In this document: positions 32,146 through 46,505 of the stretch, piece after piece
Position numbering within the stretch: the stretch's first letter is position 1
Layout of the letters: every line of letters starts with the position of its first letter
NCBI GenBank assembly: GCA_965644295.1
Contig: CBFFRP010000201.1
Span: 1 to 64,000, forward strand
Origin: Paraphysomonas bandaiensis
Taxonomy: Eukaryota; Protista; Chrysophyceae
Direction of reading: 5' to 3'
Length of the DNA stretch: 64,000 nt
Position numbers and translations under genes: made by a program
Notes under the pieces: model-generated
The model's database searches: none
What the model saw: the letters and a program-made list of their open reading frames with translations, nothing else
Told to the model about the DNA's origin: nothing

Positions 32146-32308
32146 GACGTCAACACAAATAATACTTATTAGTGTCCCTTGTACCACACAAGTATTTGGC
32201 TGTGAGTGGGCAGAAAAATATCTGAATATGTTTTCGGCTCACGTTAGTTTCCCAGAGAGTTATCCGCCAGAACACCACGAAAAGGTGCGAGTCCAACTTT
32301 GTTGAGGG
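32146..32308 (+). repeat. Dispersed repeat module B (direct copy at 45996-46176)
   Basis: Shared GTGTCCCTTGTACCACACA, TGAGTGGGCAGAA, CGGCTCACGTTAGTTTCCCAGAGAG, CCAGAACACCACGAAAAGGTGCGAGTCC. Confidence 0.85.
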
Positions 32309-32619
32309 TATGTTTTGCACATAACGAACTTTTTATCACATGATTACCAGTCACTCCTACATCTTTTAGTCCCACATCAGTAAATATTGTAATTACATAG
32401 TATAATTCTACTCAATATTCACCCGTTTCCCCAATTGCACACAGAAAAGCAATAAATTGATATGCAGCATATACATAAAATAACATTTTAATTACATAGT
32501 ATCACTTTCTTTCATGATTAAACTACAGATACAATTTTAATACAGATAAAACAGTGGGAAAAAGCGAGTATATACGTGAATGGAAATTGTCGAAGAGAGA
32601 AGCCCCGTTGGGGTGAAAC

Positions 32620-34459
32620 CTACGTAGTTTTTGTATCACTGCGTCCAGAAACCTTGCGTGAACGATTTCTCATGCTTGAATTGGATAGTTTGGAATCCTT
32701 AGATGCAGTTGAAGAAGCGGGGTGTATCTTATCTACGTTCGATTGAGTAGAAGTATGAGATACCCTTCGCAGAACTTTGCCAACTCCTATTCATTAATTT
32801 ACCTCTACATATAATTATAATCAAGGTATTCTCGGGCGTACCTTTAGCTCTACCCTCTCTAAAGAGAAACGTATCTCCAGGTAAGATATACTCGTCAAAA
32901 TAAACAAATTTGAACCTCACAATAGCTCCTGCATCGGGGTATTTCATTTAGCGAAAGCAGATAAAAAATAGTGCACTCACTCTCTCCGGTTTTCAACCTC
33001 TTTTCTTCTCCTTCAATATCAATTATCTCAGCGGATTGCCTTAGTACACCACAATGAATGACTGGTTGGTAGCCACAGGTTATAGTTGTGGAGTGGTGAA
33101 GTATCATAACGCTGGCATAAAATTCTCTGATGACGATATCATTATATAGGATTGTAATAACGCACAAGATATACCTGACACCCCGAGGAGATATATCGCC
33201 AGTCTCTTTTACGACAACCATTCCTTTCTTGAACCAGCTTCTCCGAACTGTGAATTTTCTGCTGTTCACACATTTTATCGAAAGAGTCGCACTCTGGCCA
33301 ATCTTGACCTCAGTAAACGGCACTCGTCTACATTCAATACTTCGAACAACAACGGGGTAAAAATGACCCGATCTATCGGGTCCAACATGAAGTGTTTGAC
33401 CAACTGATATAGTCCCACGAAGCACTGTGCCTCCAACAATAACTCCTACTCCTCTGACTTCATAAACGCCATCTATGGGGAAAAGTACCTCAGGCATGTC
33501 ACCATATACAACATCAGGATCACTGTCCACTCCACTGTATCGAATATGTGATCGTCGAATACGAGATATAAAGGATCGGAGGAGGTCCACTCCTTGTCCA
33601 GTAACACTCGATATTGCAAATACTGGAGTAATCCTGTTGGAGGAAACTGACTCCGCGGCGATTGTAACGGCCTCCATATCTTTAACGGGATATGGCATCT
33701 TACCGTAGGAACGAAGAATTTTTGCTAAAGTCCTCCTGGTGTGCTGGAGTACATCTCGGGGACATATATCAACTTTGGTGACAGCAACAAACATAGGTAG
33801 GTTCAGAGCACTTGCAATTGATATGTGCTCTCTGGTCATCACTTGTACTCCCATGTTGCTTCCAACAATTAGTAATGCAAAGTCCGGCATTAGCCCTGTC
33901 AGTCCAAATAGGGTAGTTTTTAAATATTTTTCATGGCCGCATAAATCAATTAGTGTTAGAGTATAATCACTTCTGTCCATGATTTCCACCCAACGCTGAA
34001 CATGACTGCGAGCAGATGGCACAACTTGCACCTCATCTTTGAATCCCAGTATTTCAACAGTAACAGCTGATGTACGTCCGTTATCTTGTTCATGACGATG
34101 TTTTAAAACAGCTGAACGAGCTGACCCACGCCCATCATCAAGAGACGCGTTAGTTAACACACCCACCAGAGTGCTCTTCCCTGAATCAACGTTTCCGATC
34201 TAAATGAACAGATCATTCACCACTTTAACAAACTGTTGTCAATACAAACCATTGCAATACGTGTGTCATTCGCTTCAAAGTCTTCGAGTGTTCTGTGTTC
34301 GATTAGAGCGGCATAGTCTCTCAGTGTATCGACAGGCTCACTGCTAGATTTCTCACACGTCTCTTGCATATGATGCATATGAGCCAATCAGATGCATGAG
34401 AGAGATATGTGTGTACCTTCATTGGATGCTTGGAATACATGCAGGACTTCGTCTTCCAT
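32620..34459 (-). CDS. GTP-binding protein 1/2 family translational GTPase, multi-exon
   Basis: [24 protein letters not shown]...[39 protein letters not shown]. Confidence 0.88.
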
Positions 34460-34650
34460 TACCAGCTCAGTGCGTGTGTATGTGTGTGTGTGTGTGTGTG
34501 AGGGGTGTGAGATACACAGACAAGAGGGGTGAGAAGATCTTTAATAGAAACACAAATCGATGTCTATTCTAGTGGTGAAGAGATTGATTGAGATCTGAGT
34601 CTGTTGAACGATATGGCTACATATACATACATCACTGAGATCTGCCTGTC

Positions 34651-34732
34651 TGTGTATGTATGTATGTATGTGTATGTATATGCATGTATGTATGTATGTA
34701 TGTATGTATGTATGTATATGTATATGTATGTG
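34651..34732. repeat. (TATG)n microsatellite
   Basis: Imperfect TATG/TGTA run in the GTPBP/UFD1 divergent intergenic region. Confidence 0.9.
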
Positions 34733-35319
34733 TACTGCGGTACATATCCATAACGAGGTTTCTCATAAGGGAAGATCACAACCAAATAACTACAAGAAAA
34801 ATTCCTTGAGGATATGATTGGCTGGGCTATAATTCCATGGTTTATGTTAAAATCAAAGGTTTTATTTATTAAAAAGCAGGGTTTATATTAAAGTTGTAAA
34901 TTATTATACAATGGCGGTATACGGTAGACTACAGAAGAAGAAGACAATAATTTTCTTGTGTGTTTATGGTATGTATGTATGTTCTATAGATCGTTCCATA
35001 CATACATATACAGTACATACACCATACAGCAGCAGCCGTATATATACATACTACTGTACATATATACCGCCATCATACGTCCAGTACATACGTGCATATA
35101 CATATACATATACATAGACATACGTGTGCTGTATATGCAGACCTAACCACAGCAGTGTACAGAGCCGAGCCCAGCAGTCTCATCACAGTGTTGTGACATC
35201 GAAGAAGAGAAGAGAACACTATCATCAACCCTGTCGACAACCACCGTCACTCCCTATCTATCTAACACCATCATCTCCTCCTCCTCCTCCTCATCATCAT
35301 CATCAGCAGCAGCAGCAGC

Positions 35320-36489
35320 ATGGAGTTCGATCGAAGCATCTCCAAACTCGAGAAAGAACAAGAAAAACGACGTCAATTAGCTAAAAAAAAGCTTGAGAGG
35401 GAGCAGAGAGCTCAAGCTCAGCACCATAAGATGGAGCACACCTTACAGTTACTAGCTAAACAACGTGCAGAGGAACATGAAGCACTTGAAAGAGACCGTC
35501 AGATACAGCAAGAGATACAGCAGAGATTGACATGCGGTGTGGATATTGTATTACAGTTACATGTAAAGGAATATGATCATGCAGAGGATGATAAAGTTGC
35601 ATTACCAGCGAGTGTATTGGAGTCATTAACTACCAAGAATGCGTTTGCAAATGGCCCCGTGATGTTTCAGATAGTGAATCCTGTGAATTCACGTATAAGT
35701 CATTGCGGTGTCAGAGAGTTCACAGCTGATGAGGGGACTGTGAAGATCCCTAAAAAGGTTTGTGATTGTTTGCAACTGACGGATACTGAGTCATCTTCTG
35801 TACAATTGAAGTATATTGTACTTCCGCCAATCAGTTCCGTTACATTTCAGCCGAAACTGAATGCTTTTACTAATGTTGGTCCCGTGAAACAAGTTCTTGA
35901 AGAGAATTTGGTACATCATACGACATTGACGAAGGGTGATGTGATAACAATATGGTATCGTGGAAAATCATATGAGCTCACTGTCACAAACATAGTACCC
36001 GATGATCCGCTGTATTCTCACGGAACCACTTTGATTAACACAGATGTTGTTGTTGACATAGACTTATCAGAAGAGTACACACGTGTTTCTGGAACTAATA
36101 GGACGGGGCAAGAAGATCCAAGCAAGCTTGAGAATAGCACAATTGTCAATCATCCCTCTACGTCCTCTCCGAATACTAGTGAAACTGTATCCAAGAAACC
36201 AACACTCACACTTCCAGATGAACCCACTGCTGATGCGGATGGTATAATAGCTTGCAAATTAAAGTTGCCCGATGGTACGACTTTGACTCGAAGGTTTCTG
36301 TTAGCTGATAGTATGAGTTGTTTATTCACGTTCCTCCACGCATCCAGAGAAGATTTTGGTGTGGATAAGACACTCCAGGTATCTACCCGATTTCCACCAC
36401 GAAAATTCCTTGAAACCAACGAACACCAGTCGTTTCTAGATGCTGGAATCAATTCCTCTCACGAAGTTTTTTTCGTTGAGCATGTGTAG
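35320..36489 (+). CDS. UFD1-domain protein with N-terminal coiled coil and C-terminal UBX domain (single exon, 389 aa)
   Basis: UFD1: DDKVALPASVL, PVMFQI, SHCGVREFTADEG, KQVLEENL...TTLTKGDVI, LINTDVVVD. UBX: KLKLPDGTTLTRRF...TRFPPRKF...SFLDAGI. Confidence 0.85.
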   Translation: MEFDRSISKLEKEQEKRRQLAKKKLEREQRAQAQHHKMEHTLQLLAKQRAEEHEALERDRQIQQEIQQRLTCGVDIVLQLHVKEYDHAEDDKVALPASVLESLTTKNAFANGPVMFQIVNPVNSRISHCGVREFTADEGTVKIPKKVCDCLQLTDTESSSVQLKYIVLPPISSVTFQPKLNAFTNVGPVKQVLEENLVHHTTLTKGDVITIWYRGKSYELTVTNIVPDDPLYSHGTTLINTDVVVDIDLSEEYTRVSGTNRTGQEDPSKLENSTIVNHPSTSSPNTSETVSKKPTLTLPDEPTADADGIIACKLKLPDGTTLTRRFLLADSMSCLFTFLHASREDFGVDKTLQVSTRFPPRKFLETNEHQSFLDAGINSSHEVFFVEHV

Positions 36490-37112
36490 TACTACTTGTA
36501 GGATAGTCGAAAACTTGAATTAAAATGGTTATACTTACATTGAAGAATTCATAATAGTTAACACAGTAATTTAATTTTTATATACGGTAGCAACTGTGGT
36601 AAATGAGAAGGATCCAAATTGACAATGAATTGCAACGCAGCCCTTCAAGTAGATAAATTAGTGCAAGTGGAATTGTTTGTATCGTAACACTCGTTCATTG
36701 ATGATCAGTACTTATCCAGAGGTAGTGTTCGGAATACAGTTGGTTTCACTAAACCGTCATTAAATAAATACACCCTACTACATTGCACTACAATATTTAC
36801 TAATGTATATGAGTTTCCATCTATTTTCTTAATATTAATTAGGGAATACCATTTTTTCTTACAGCAAGCAAGCAACAAAATATAGGTATACAACATCATG
36901 AGGATAAGGTACAATTTACTCTAGGAATAAGGAGAATCGTCCCTTGTCTAAATATTCAAAACACGAGCATTTCGCCGTAGTAAAACAGAAAATGGATTTA
37001 GGTATATATTATTAGATACAGAATCTCTGTTCATCAAATCACACAAATCAAATTATTAACGGCAAAGCTCACTCATTCCCACGACGCAATGCCTCATTTA
37101 ACCGGGAGCAAG

Positions 37113-40100
37113 TTACTTGCGAATCACTTTGTACTGAATTATACCTCTAGAACTGGCATCTAGAACAATAAGGTATTTTCCGTCCGCAGAAAATCGTAGC
37201 GCGGGCGAAAAACTTGACACACCATCTACTTTTATACTCACACCCTGCAACAAAATACGGTCAGAACAAATACTTCCAGATACAAATCTTACCCCAATAT
37301 TTTGACACGGATAATTAAAAATTCGAACTTCTCCATTGTCGTACGCTGCTGCAACTAATCCTCGCTTACCATTCGTCGTGGAAAGATACACATCCATCGC
37401 ACTTATATCGATATTTTCGGTCGGAGATTTCCATACACCTATCAATAGATTAGACGACAATACAACATCATACTAAGATGGCTAACCTTTGACCATCCAT
37501 CCGTAAGGAACATTTGTTGAGCTAAACGTCTCGTCCCTTACAGTGGTCGCCAATGGAATCGCTTGAACGTCACCATAGGGATATTCGTTCAGAGCATAAT
37601 GCAGCAAATCGAATGTTATTGTGCTCACTCGAATTATTGAGGAGTCTACATTAAAGTCAATATGGGTAGCAAAAGATTCTTTTAAGGGCATGTCTACAGT
37701 AGTCAGCAGCTTGTACTGCTGCAACCCTTCACTCTGACAATCGTGGATGTAGAGCTTGCCATCTCTGCTTGCAACCACTAAAATTGCACCAGATGGAGAA
37801 TATTTGATATCAGATATAGTAAATTTTGCTTTCCGGTCTTCAAATATTACATCCAAAGTGCCAGCAGCTAGTATCATGATCGCACCGTCTTTCGTATTCA
37901 TGGCAGGATCACCGCCAATTCCAACTGCTATGTGCTGCCCATTGGGAGACCACGATATTCCACGGCCAGCTACTTCCAACGAGGTTCGTCTGGTGCACTT
38001 GCGCTGAGATATACTCCATACTCTCACCGCCCCATCGTCACCTACAGTAGCATACTCATCGCTATTGCAAGGGTTGGTACACAAGCCATGTAACTGCCGA
38101 TGACTGTGACTCTCTAGCAGCAACATTGAGCTGTGAGTACTCAGAGTTATCTCATAAACTTCTCCACTTCTAAGACCTGAACCCAAATCAAATTAACATA
38201 CATAATATACTTTTGATAGGGACTTACCTACTGCAAGCTTTGTCGATACACTGTTGACAGCTAAAGAATGGCAGGATAGGCCATAAGGGGCAGGAGAAAA
38301 TGTTTGAACATTATAGGAATGTACGAGTTGTAGGGCAGTAGACCAAGTCTTGATGAGCCCATCTTTTCCGCCAGTGGCAAATTTCGCACCAGAAAAATCA
38401 TTCACTGCACAAATCGAAAACACAGGCGCATCATGAGCAGTTAAAGTAGATTTAACTTTCTGTTTTTCCCATATATACACATGCCCCGTAACAGTACCGG
38501 TCAACAACATTTTGGCATGCTCATCACCGGCATTTCCAGTCGGAAATTCAACTTCTACACCACATAATATTGCTTGCACTTTTCTTTTCCTTCCAAATGT
38601 ACCTCGGGCACGTTCAAGTGTCTTACCCACTGTCTTGAAAAAGTAGATACAACGATTTCCACCTGACACTATTGGATATTGTGAGTGTTCATCGGAATAT
38701 AACACCCACAGCATTTTCGAGCTCGACACATTGACAGAGGACTCAATCATAACATCAGATATCCACCTCTTACTACAAGAACGTAACACAACCACACTGT
38801 GCATAGTATCTTGTCCAAGAGTTGCAATTGCGTAACCAGAGGGCGAAAAACTCACACTTATTATTCCATTGCGATGGATATCACGAACAACAGACAGCTG
38901 TGTGGCAGTTCGTGCATCCCAAAAATGCAACTGTGGGTTAAAACCTAGTTCCCCCGTGGCAGCAATCTTACCGTCAACTCCAACATCAAGCGATATAATA
39001 GACTGCGAATGTCCTTGATAAATCCTTTGGGAGTGAACCTTGCGATCATAAACAATCCCTAAACGTGACGAAAAGAATACAGCGTTGCCATCATTATTAA
39101 ACTTTAACCCTTGACGACAGTCCCCACTTCTAATTCCATGCACATGCTCTGGCTCGACAACTATCGCGGGCTTGCTACTGTCGTCATCACGTACATGAGA
39201 GGGCGGAGCAACATTAGCCATCCAAGACTGCTGCTGAGCTCCTGATGCAGTTGTACAGTCTTCCCGTGCAACTTTAGTAAGAGAATCATTTCCACCATCT
39301 CGCTCCAATTCGCTGTCATCACAGCTCAGACCTCCCTCGTCTCCAGACTCTCGTGCAACGTCATAAGAGAGTTTCCATTGTAATATAGCGTAATCCATCG
39401 AACCAATAGATATTAGCGAGCTATCACCTGCAATCCATGCAATGTTCGATATAGGTCCGGAGTGTCCTCCATCACCAACAAATCCAGCAATATCTTGGCA
39501 TGGATTATGCGCTAGAAAGAGGCGCCCAGATGTATTTCCACATGCAAGTAATTGCCCTCCCCACGACCTCTGAACAGCGCAAGGTTCAGCACCACGAGGT
39601 TGAAATGTCCACAGACCTTTCACTGGCCAACCAACAGGTGAGCTCCAAGTGGCCCACTTTTGGTCTCGCAATGCGTTCGGTGATGGAATGTGCGTTCCAG
39701 ATGTAGTATCGCTGTAGCAAATTCGCTTTGTGATATCGATACTCATTAGAAATGAATTGTCCAAAGAAAAGTCAGCGCTCATAAGCGGGGCTCTGTGACA
39801 ATTGATTGTGCAGCGACGACTATAATGATCTCTAACATTGTACAAATAAACTTTACTATCCTCCGAACCAACAGCCAGTATTTTTGAGTCACCACTGAAT
39901 TTTATAAATCGAATGGCTTCATTCGAATCTTTACCTTCATGGACGAGTTTTAAATCATTCGCACTCAGAACGACGAAAGCGCCGTCCTTGGCGGTTGCTC
40001 TACCACGGGATCGCTTTCCACCGCAGCCAAACCCAACAGCTACTAACCTACCATCAGGTGAATATGATATCGATCGCGATGGGGCATCCATTCTGATACA

Positions 40101-43100
40101 TTTCATCTGAGTGTAAGATTTAGAATCCCACAGTCGAATAGTACAATCATCACTCGAGGTCACAAATTCCTCTTTAGTAGGGTGTGTTGTAAGTCCCCAA
40201 AGTTCTCGGCACCCGTGCGACTGCATTAACGGTTTCGCGCCAACCATTGAGCCATTATTTACGCGAACTTCGAATATTTCAGCGCCTCTAGTACCCACGA
40301 GTAAAAACTTTCCATCCTTACTGAAACAGACACTGCGTACTCTTGGACAAATGGAAGGGAACAGTACAGGAAGAATTGCTTCGACAGACATTTCCCGGAT
40401 ACAATCTAACGATGTATTCCATATTTTTATCAGTCCATCTTTGCCACCGCTCACCATCTGGTCACCAGAGAGGGACACATCTATAGCATGCACACCACCT
40501 GTGTGAGCTTTGATAGCATGATGTAAGGCGTTGTTTTCGAACATATAGAAATGGCCATCTACAGTGCCGACAGTTGGGTACCCTGCAAAATAAATACAGC
40601 ACATGAATGGTTGGGGACGTCCGCCATCTCCTATAGTTTGATTGCGACTTGACAACGACCACGTTGATATATTCCACAATTTGACCTGCTTAATGCCGCA
40701 TGTAAGAAGTTGACAGTCATCCTCTGAGAAACAAATGTCTATTATTCTGCGGGAGCTCCCGTACCCCCGGCATAGTAGCATGCTGCTTTTCCAGTGATAT
40801 ACGCTAACAGTGTGATCACTGTCCAGTCCCACGACTGCGAGAAGGTCTGAAGAATTTGAGAATGTCATACACACCACGGATTTCACTTGCTTGTCTGGAA
40901 GGATTCGCAACGTCGCACACGTTCTTGAGTCCCATATACAGACCTTCGGGGCATGTCCAAGTTCCCCAGTTGCTACGAATTTCCCATTTTTCGAACAACA
41001 AAATGCTGATATCGCCTGGGAATGGCCCTAATTAACAACACGAATGTTAAATTATTAACAACACCGCGCAAGAACTCTACCTGAAAAAACTTTTGAGTTT
41101 TGTTCACTCGATCCATTACAACTCCAACAGATGAACACACATACACTACTTGCTCCTTGTCGGTGTACCGAATATTATTCCTCATTTCTTGGCAGCGATA
41201 TCCATATACATATTCTAACTTCATAGTCACATCGGGGGCTGCGGTGTGTTGTGGGGCTGGATTATTCGGTTCAACAGAACATTCAAGCCATACACTCATC
41301 GCTTCTGTGGAAGTATTGCCAGCACGAGTTGAATCCCCTCCGGATACCGGGACAAATTCGTCCTCATTAGACGCGGACTCTGGGACGACATTGTTCAGTA
41401 GACCAGCTACCACCGCACAATCTTCAACCATAAAATCTTCACCTATATCTGACCCACCCCTCATTTCTAAACCATAATCTTCGCTTTCCTGGTACTCAAC
41501 TTGCGGGATTTCGTTAGCCTTGACAGCTGATCCACCTGCCTCATCTTCGTCAGGCTTGGGCTCTTCAACACGAGGGTAATGCACACTGCATTTCCATTGA
41601 ATCAAACATCTGTCGTATTTTCCACTCGAGTAAAAGTACTGCGAGTCATTAGAAAAACGTACTTCAGAAACAGCTCCAGCATGAGCGCACGTTCTGTGAT
41701 ACTCAGCATTACGTGGTATACATGGAAAAGGATGAAGGCAGACAAATCCCATACTAGTACCGGCAACTAAGTACTCGTAAGGACTCGATTCTTTAACAGG
41801 AGTAGTCATTACTTCGCCTGCAGCATCATCCGTGCTGAGTACACTAGGAGGAACACTGCAGGTTGTTACATATTCATTGATGAAGTTGTTGTCGTGGATG
41901 GAGGAACTTTGCCAGCTATAAATACAAGACGCAGTAGACCACCTCACATCACGCATTGCAGCAGCATTCGATTGAAGGCTCGCGTCATCTGAATTGAAAA
42001 ACAAGAAATCGCCATTCTTGCCATTAGTTCGAATCCACTCGCCATCAACGGAAAAATCCAACTGCAGAACAGGAGATGTATGCCGGATACAACGTCCAAC
42101 TAACTCATAATCGTCATGAACAGCATACAAAAATATGGCACCATCTTCTGCGGCCACGGCCAACGTTTCTCCCTCAGGAGAGAAAACAGAAAGTGTAATC
42201 GGCGTGTTTGAATCCTTCGCCTCATGGACAACTGACAGGTCTTCTTCATTTAGGATAACATAGGCACCATCCTTGGGATGGGCAACACCAGACTTGTCCC
42301 CACCAAGTCCAACTACAATGACATCTCCGAGAGGACTGTACGACACCGACCTATTGACACTGTGACATAGATAAATGAAGATATGAGATATGTTACCTTG
42401 CATTGCAATCAAAATTCGCAAGCTTTAACAAGCTTCGAGTTGTAGCGTCCCATATCCGAAGGCATTTGTCGTCACCAACACTTGCAAACTCAAGTCGGCT
42501 CGGGTGTACTGGAGACACTATCAGTTCATACAGAAATAGGGCGGGAGGTTAGGTACCTGCAACGCTACGTAAAACTCCAGTGCTATGGCCAGAAGCAATC
42601 GCGCCGCCGCGAAGATCAGATCCATCAACAGCAGAAACCTGTCCCATAAAATAAATCAACGTATCCTTAAGAGTGTGACATATACCTCATATATTTCAGC
42701 ACCAAGAGTTCCAAGCAGTATGCTAGACCCATCAACAGATAAACACACGCTCCGAATGGAAGGAAGAAGGCCGAAGTGCGACATATCAAAAGTTGCACCA
42801 GGCTCCAATTTGTGTGTCCACAAGCGGACGCGGTGGTCCTTGCCTCCAGATATCACTCCATGGAGACAAGAGTATATGACATTGACAGATCCCTGCATCA
42901 CACCCAGTTATTAGATTTCAATACAGGAAAAATACATACTTGGTGGCCTTTAATGTGACGAACACAATTTCTATCCGTCCAGAGCAACAGAAGACCAGAC
43001 ACGGTACCAGATACGAAGCTATCGTTGAGATCAAGCGGAGCAATGCATGTCACTGGTTGCAATTTAGTGTGCTTTGAAAAGTTGGCTCTCCTCTTGACAT

Positions 43101-44903
43101 ATCCCTCAGATGATTTACTGCGGTTACATAAAATTGTTAGTGTATACTCGGCTGGGAAACACTCTCCAAACCTCCACAAGTAGACGTAAGAGTCTCCACC
43201 CACAGCAAGTGTGCATCCAACATCAGACAAAAAACTACACGCAAGGCATTTACCCTGTCGCGATATATTAAAATACATAATACATGAAGTATAAAAAAAA
43301 CCTTATCGATCTGACTGGTGTACAATAGCTGATTTTCTTTCCACTGATGTACAGCTACACTATGAAATACATCTAAACCCACAGATGCCAATAGTACACC
43401 ATCCGAAGAAAAAGCTGTGTGTATGACACCTCGTCTGTGGAACCCTCTGCATAGAACATATCACAAAGTTGATTCTCCAAAGATATGTACCATTACCGTT
43501 CTGTAAATAATATAGATTTCGTAACTGAGCTCCACACAATAAGCCTTGGGAGAGGGCCTGAATCACCAGTTGCAACCATCTCTCCCTCCTAAGGATACAG
43601 TCAAAATGACAATTCCATGACACATATTTCGAAGTACCGGGTGAATAGATAGCGAAATGATCTCATCCTGATGTCCAGCAAATATCGATTGCTTGTGTGC
43701 ATCAAAACTGTAGACGACACCATATCGCCCAATATGGTACACAATGCAATGGCCTTTCGCCGAAGTATACCGAAGATTGTTCTTACTCTTCTCTGCTTGG
43801 TACCCATACACCCATGATATTTCGGCCGAAGCCTCTGGTGCCTCCTTTCTCATCGTAGCATTAGCATAAGCACTTGGGGTCAATATTGACACTACATCGC
43901 GCCATGGAGAAGATTCCAGTTGCTTTTCAGCGCACTTGCTGTCTACCCTCCACTCATTTATGTGCGCTTGATTCTCATCATCAATCATAGGAGTCTGGTC
44001 AATTAGACGTAAACAGCTTCAAGTAAAATTAACTATAGTTTCATTTACCGGATTCTCATGCTGGTAGTCAACTTCTTGTATCAAAACCTCGTGAATCTGA
44101 AGATCAGTTTGTGCTGGTTCACCAAATGAATTGTACCAGCTACAGATATCGGGATGTGATATTAAATGATCAGCTAAAACACTTATGCGAAATAGAGTAG
44201 ACTCCGATGCTTCAGTACCCGCTATGCTCCGAAAAAGCTAAGTATAACAAATTAGCTATAGCACAATTAACTTGCTGGCATCAACCTCAGAGACCAACAG
44301 TTCAATCAACTCCTCTCTGGGGAAACGTTTACCGTACACTTTGCAGATTCCTGTCGACGTGGATTTTAATGCTAAAGTTACTTCGTCAATGGACAGTTGT
44401 TGAGTTCCATCAAAATCATAGCTGGTAAGAATAACTAAAACACACACTGTTAATTTAGAATTCTTAGAGCTGATGCTTACATTCCACAATTTCGCGCAAT
44501 CTCATTCCCGAAATAGCAGCTAGACAGCTTGTGAACTCCAACGCATCAATTAATCCATTCTAGCACCCAAACAGTTACAACGACACAACATATTACACAA
44601 TAACATGTTTACACCTTATCTGTATCGAAAACAGTGAATAATGCCCCGGCTTTTTCAACCATCGCCAATCTTGATACGTTCAACTCATCCTTCAAATCAG
44701 AGCAAATTTCTTCCATTTCTTCTTTTGATATTCCGAATCCATCGGCGATATCATTGAATATTCTCCATATTAACGTTATAGCTTTCCTTGAGACTGTTTA
44801 ATTGATATAAACTATAGTTTATACGTGTGTTTATATGGAACTTACGGTTTGAGAAAGGTTCAGCCTCTGGAACGAGTTTGGCTCTTCCCAACTTCTGTCC
44901 CAT
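37113..44903 (-). CDS. EML5/EML6-like tandem HELP + WD40 microtubule-associated protein with N-terminal EF-hands, multi-exon
   Basis: Three HELP-like motifs (WVYGYQAEKSKNNLRY, LEYVYGYRCQEMRNNIRY, EHVHGIRSGDCRQGLKF), many WD40 repeats, and the EML-type WSSPVGWPVKGLW. Starts MGQKLGRAK; EF-like YDFDGTQQLSIDE. Confidence 0.85.
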
Positions 44904-45208
44904 TGGTTAGAAGATTGATGGGTATGTTCGAAAGATCCTTATCTAATGACAGTTGCAATGGTACAGAGAGTGTGGGTATATTCCCTCTACCAGAGATCTC
45001 TTGTGACTATGAGATAGAGAGATAGAGAGATGGGCCTCTATGTGTGCTGGACGTATATACATATATACACGATACAAGGCACTGCTGTACGCTCTATGGC
45101 CTATATACATACATATACACATACATATACATATACTTCTATTTTTTTTTGGCAGTTTCGCATATTTGAATAAAAAGAAATGCGTGTATGCGTTAACACT
45201 GTACAGCA

Positions 45209-45304
45209 GTACATACGTACCTACCTACATACATACATACATACATACATACATACATACATACATACATACGTACCTACCTACCTACCTGCATACATAC
45301 ATAC
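45209..45304. repeat. (TACA/TACC)n microsatellite
   Basis: Long ATAC run with CTAC variants. Confidence 0.9.
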
Positions 45305-45995
45305 TGCGATGTGATTGGTCAATCCCCGCTCTGTCTTGACGTGCAGCTCCATATGAAGGATATGGATGGGTGTGTCGACTTAATCGGCAAGATCTTGCAG
45401 AATCTTTTATATAAGATCTTAACTAGACAGTGTTGAGTGCATCTACATTATCTCCAGCATGTGAATGATTGTTTAGGAGTTGAATAGTGTTCAGCTATAC
45501 AGTCTCTTCTATTCTATATGCAGAGGAGTGTGTCTATAGAATGAGCAGAGTAGACATTGTCGAATGATTTCTTGACTTATTGACTCACGTGTCAGTACAC
45601 TCTACAGATTTTATCGCGCTTTTGTCAGTAAAATTGCTATCAAACACTTACATACAGCAGGTGCTGCACGAACTGGTGCTCATTAGAAATACTTGGAGGT
45701 AGGATCTAAGCAAATTTGTAGGCGTTGTGTACTACGAGAAGTATCATACGGAACCATTACGTCAGAAATATATGTTCTCCATAAGACTTACTGATTCCTA
45801 TCTATAATAGTTAGGCTGACAGAACCAATGTCATATACTTAAACATAGCGCAGGAACTGTACCAAGATAGGTTTCAAAGCACCAAATATAAGTAGCTGAC
45901 TCGTGTTTAGCTGAACAGTGTTACAGCTATATCATATCTTAAAGTATTACGGTTATTATAATTACCAATCATATATGTCACGATTATATATGGCC

Positions 45996-46176
45996 GACGT
46001 TTTACACAAGTGACACTTGTTGGTGTCCCTTGTACCACACATGCATTCGGCTATGAGTGGGCAGAAGAATATCTGCTGACTATATTTGCGGCTCACGTTA
46101 GTTTCCCAGAGAGAATCTCTCCGGTACTTATCCCCCAGAACACCACGAAAAGGTGCGAGTCCGACTTCGTTGAGGG
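45996..46176 (+). repeat. Dispersed repeat module B, copy 2
   Basis: Similar to 32146-32308. Confidence 0.85.
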
Positions 46177-46505
46177 GTTATTAATGTGGATTTCTTGGTT
46201 CTTGGGTATCTCATATCGTGATATATACGAGAAATTTTAATGAAGGTGATATTTACACAAATTTAGGAGTTATATCAGCACTCAGTCAACATTACTTGTG
46301 TGACGACTATGGTTCCGACATATACCCCTACTACTTCATTGACGTTATAGTATTACATACTCTTGAGTTTTGCTGTTTGAAAGCAATTAAAGCTGTAGTT
46401 TTTAAGGTATTTTTTATAATTGTTAATGGATGAATACAGAAGTGGCTAACTGTTAACTGTATTGTGAAAACTAATGTCATGGTAGTAATTATAGTAGTTA
46501 TATTA

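Noticed and set aside
45350-45990. Plus-strand gene divergent from the EML-like gene
   Set aside because: Only short, stop-interrupted frames with no recognisable motifs.
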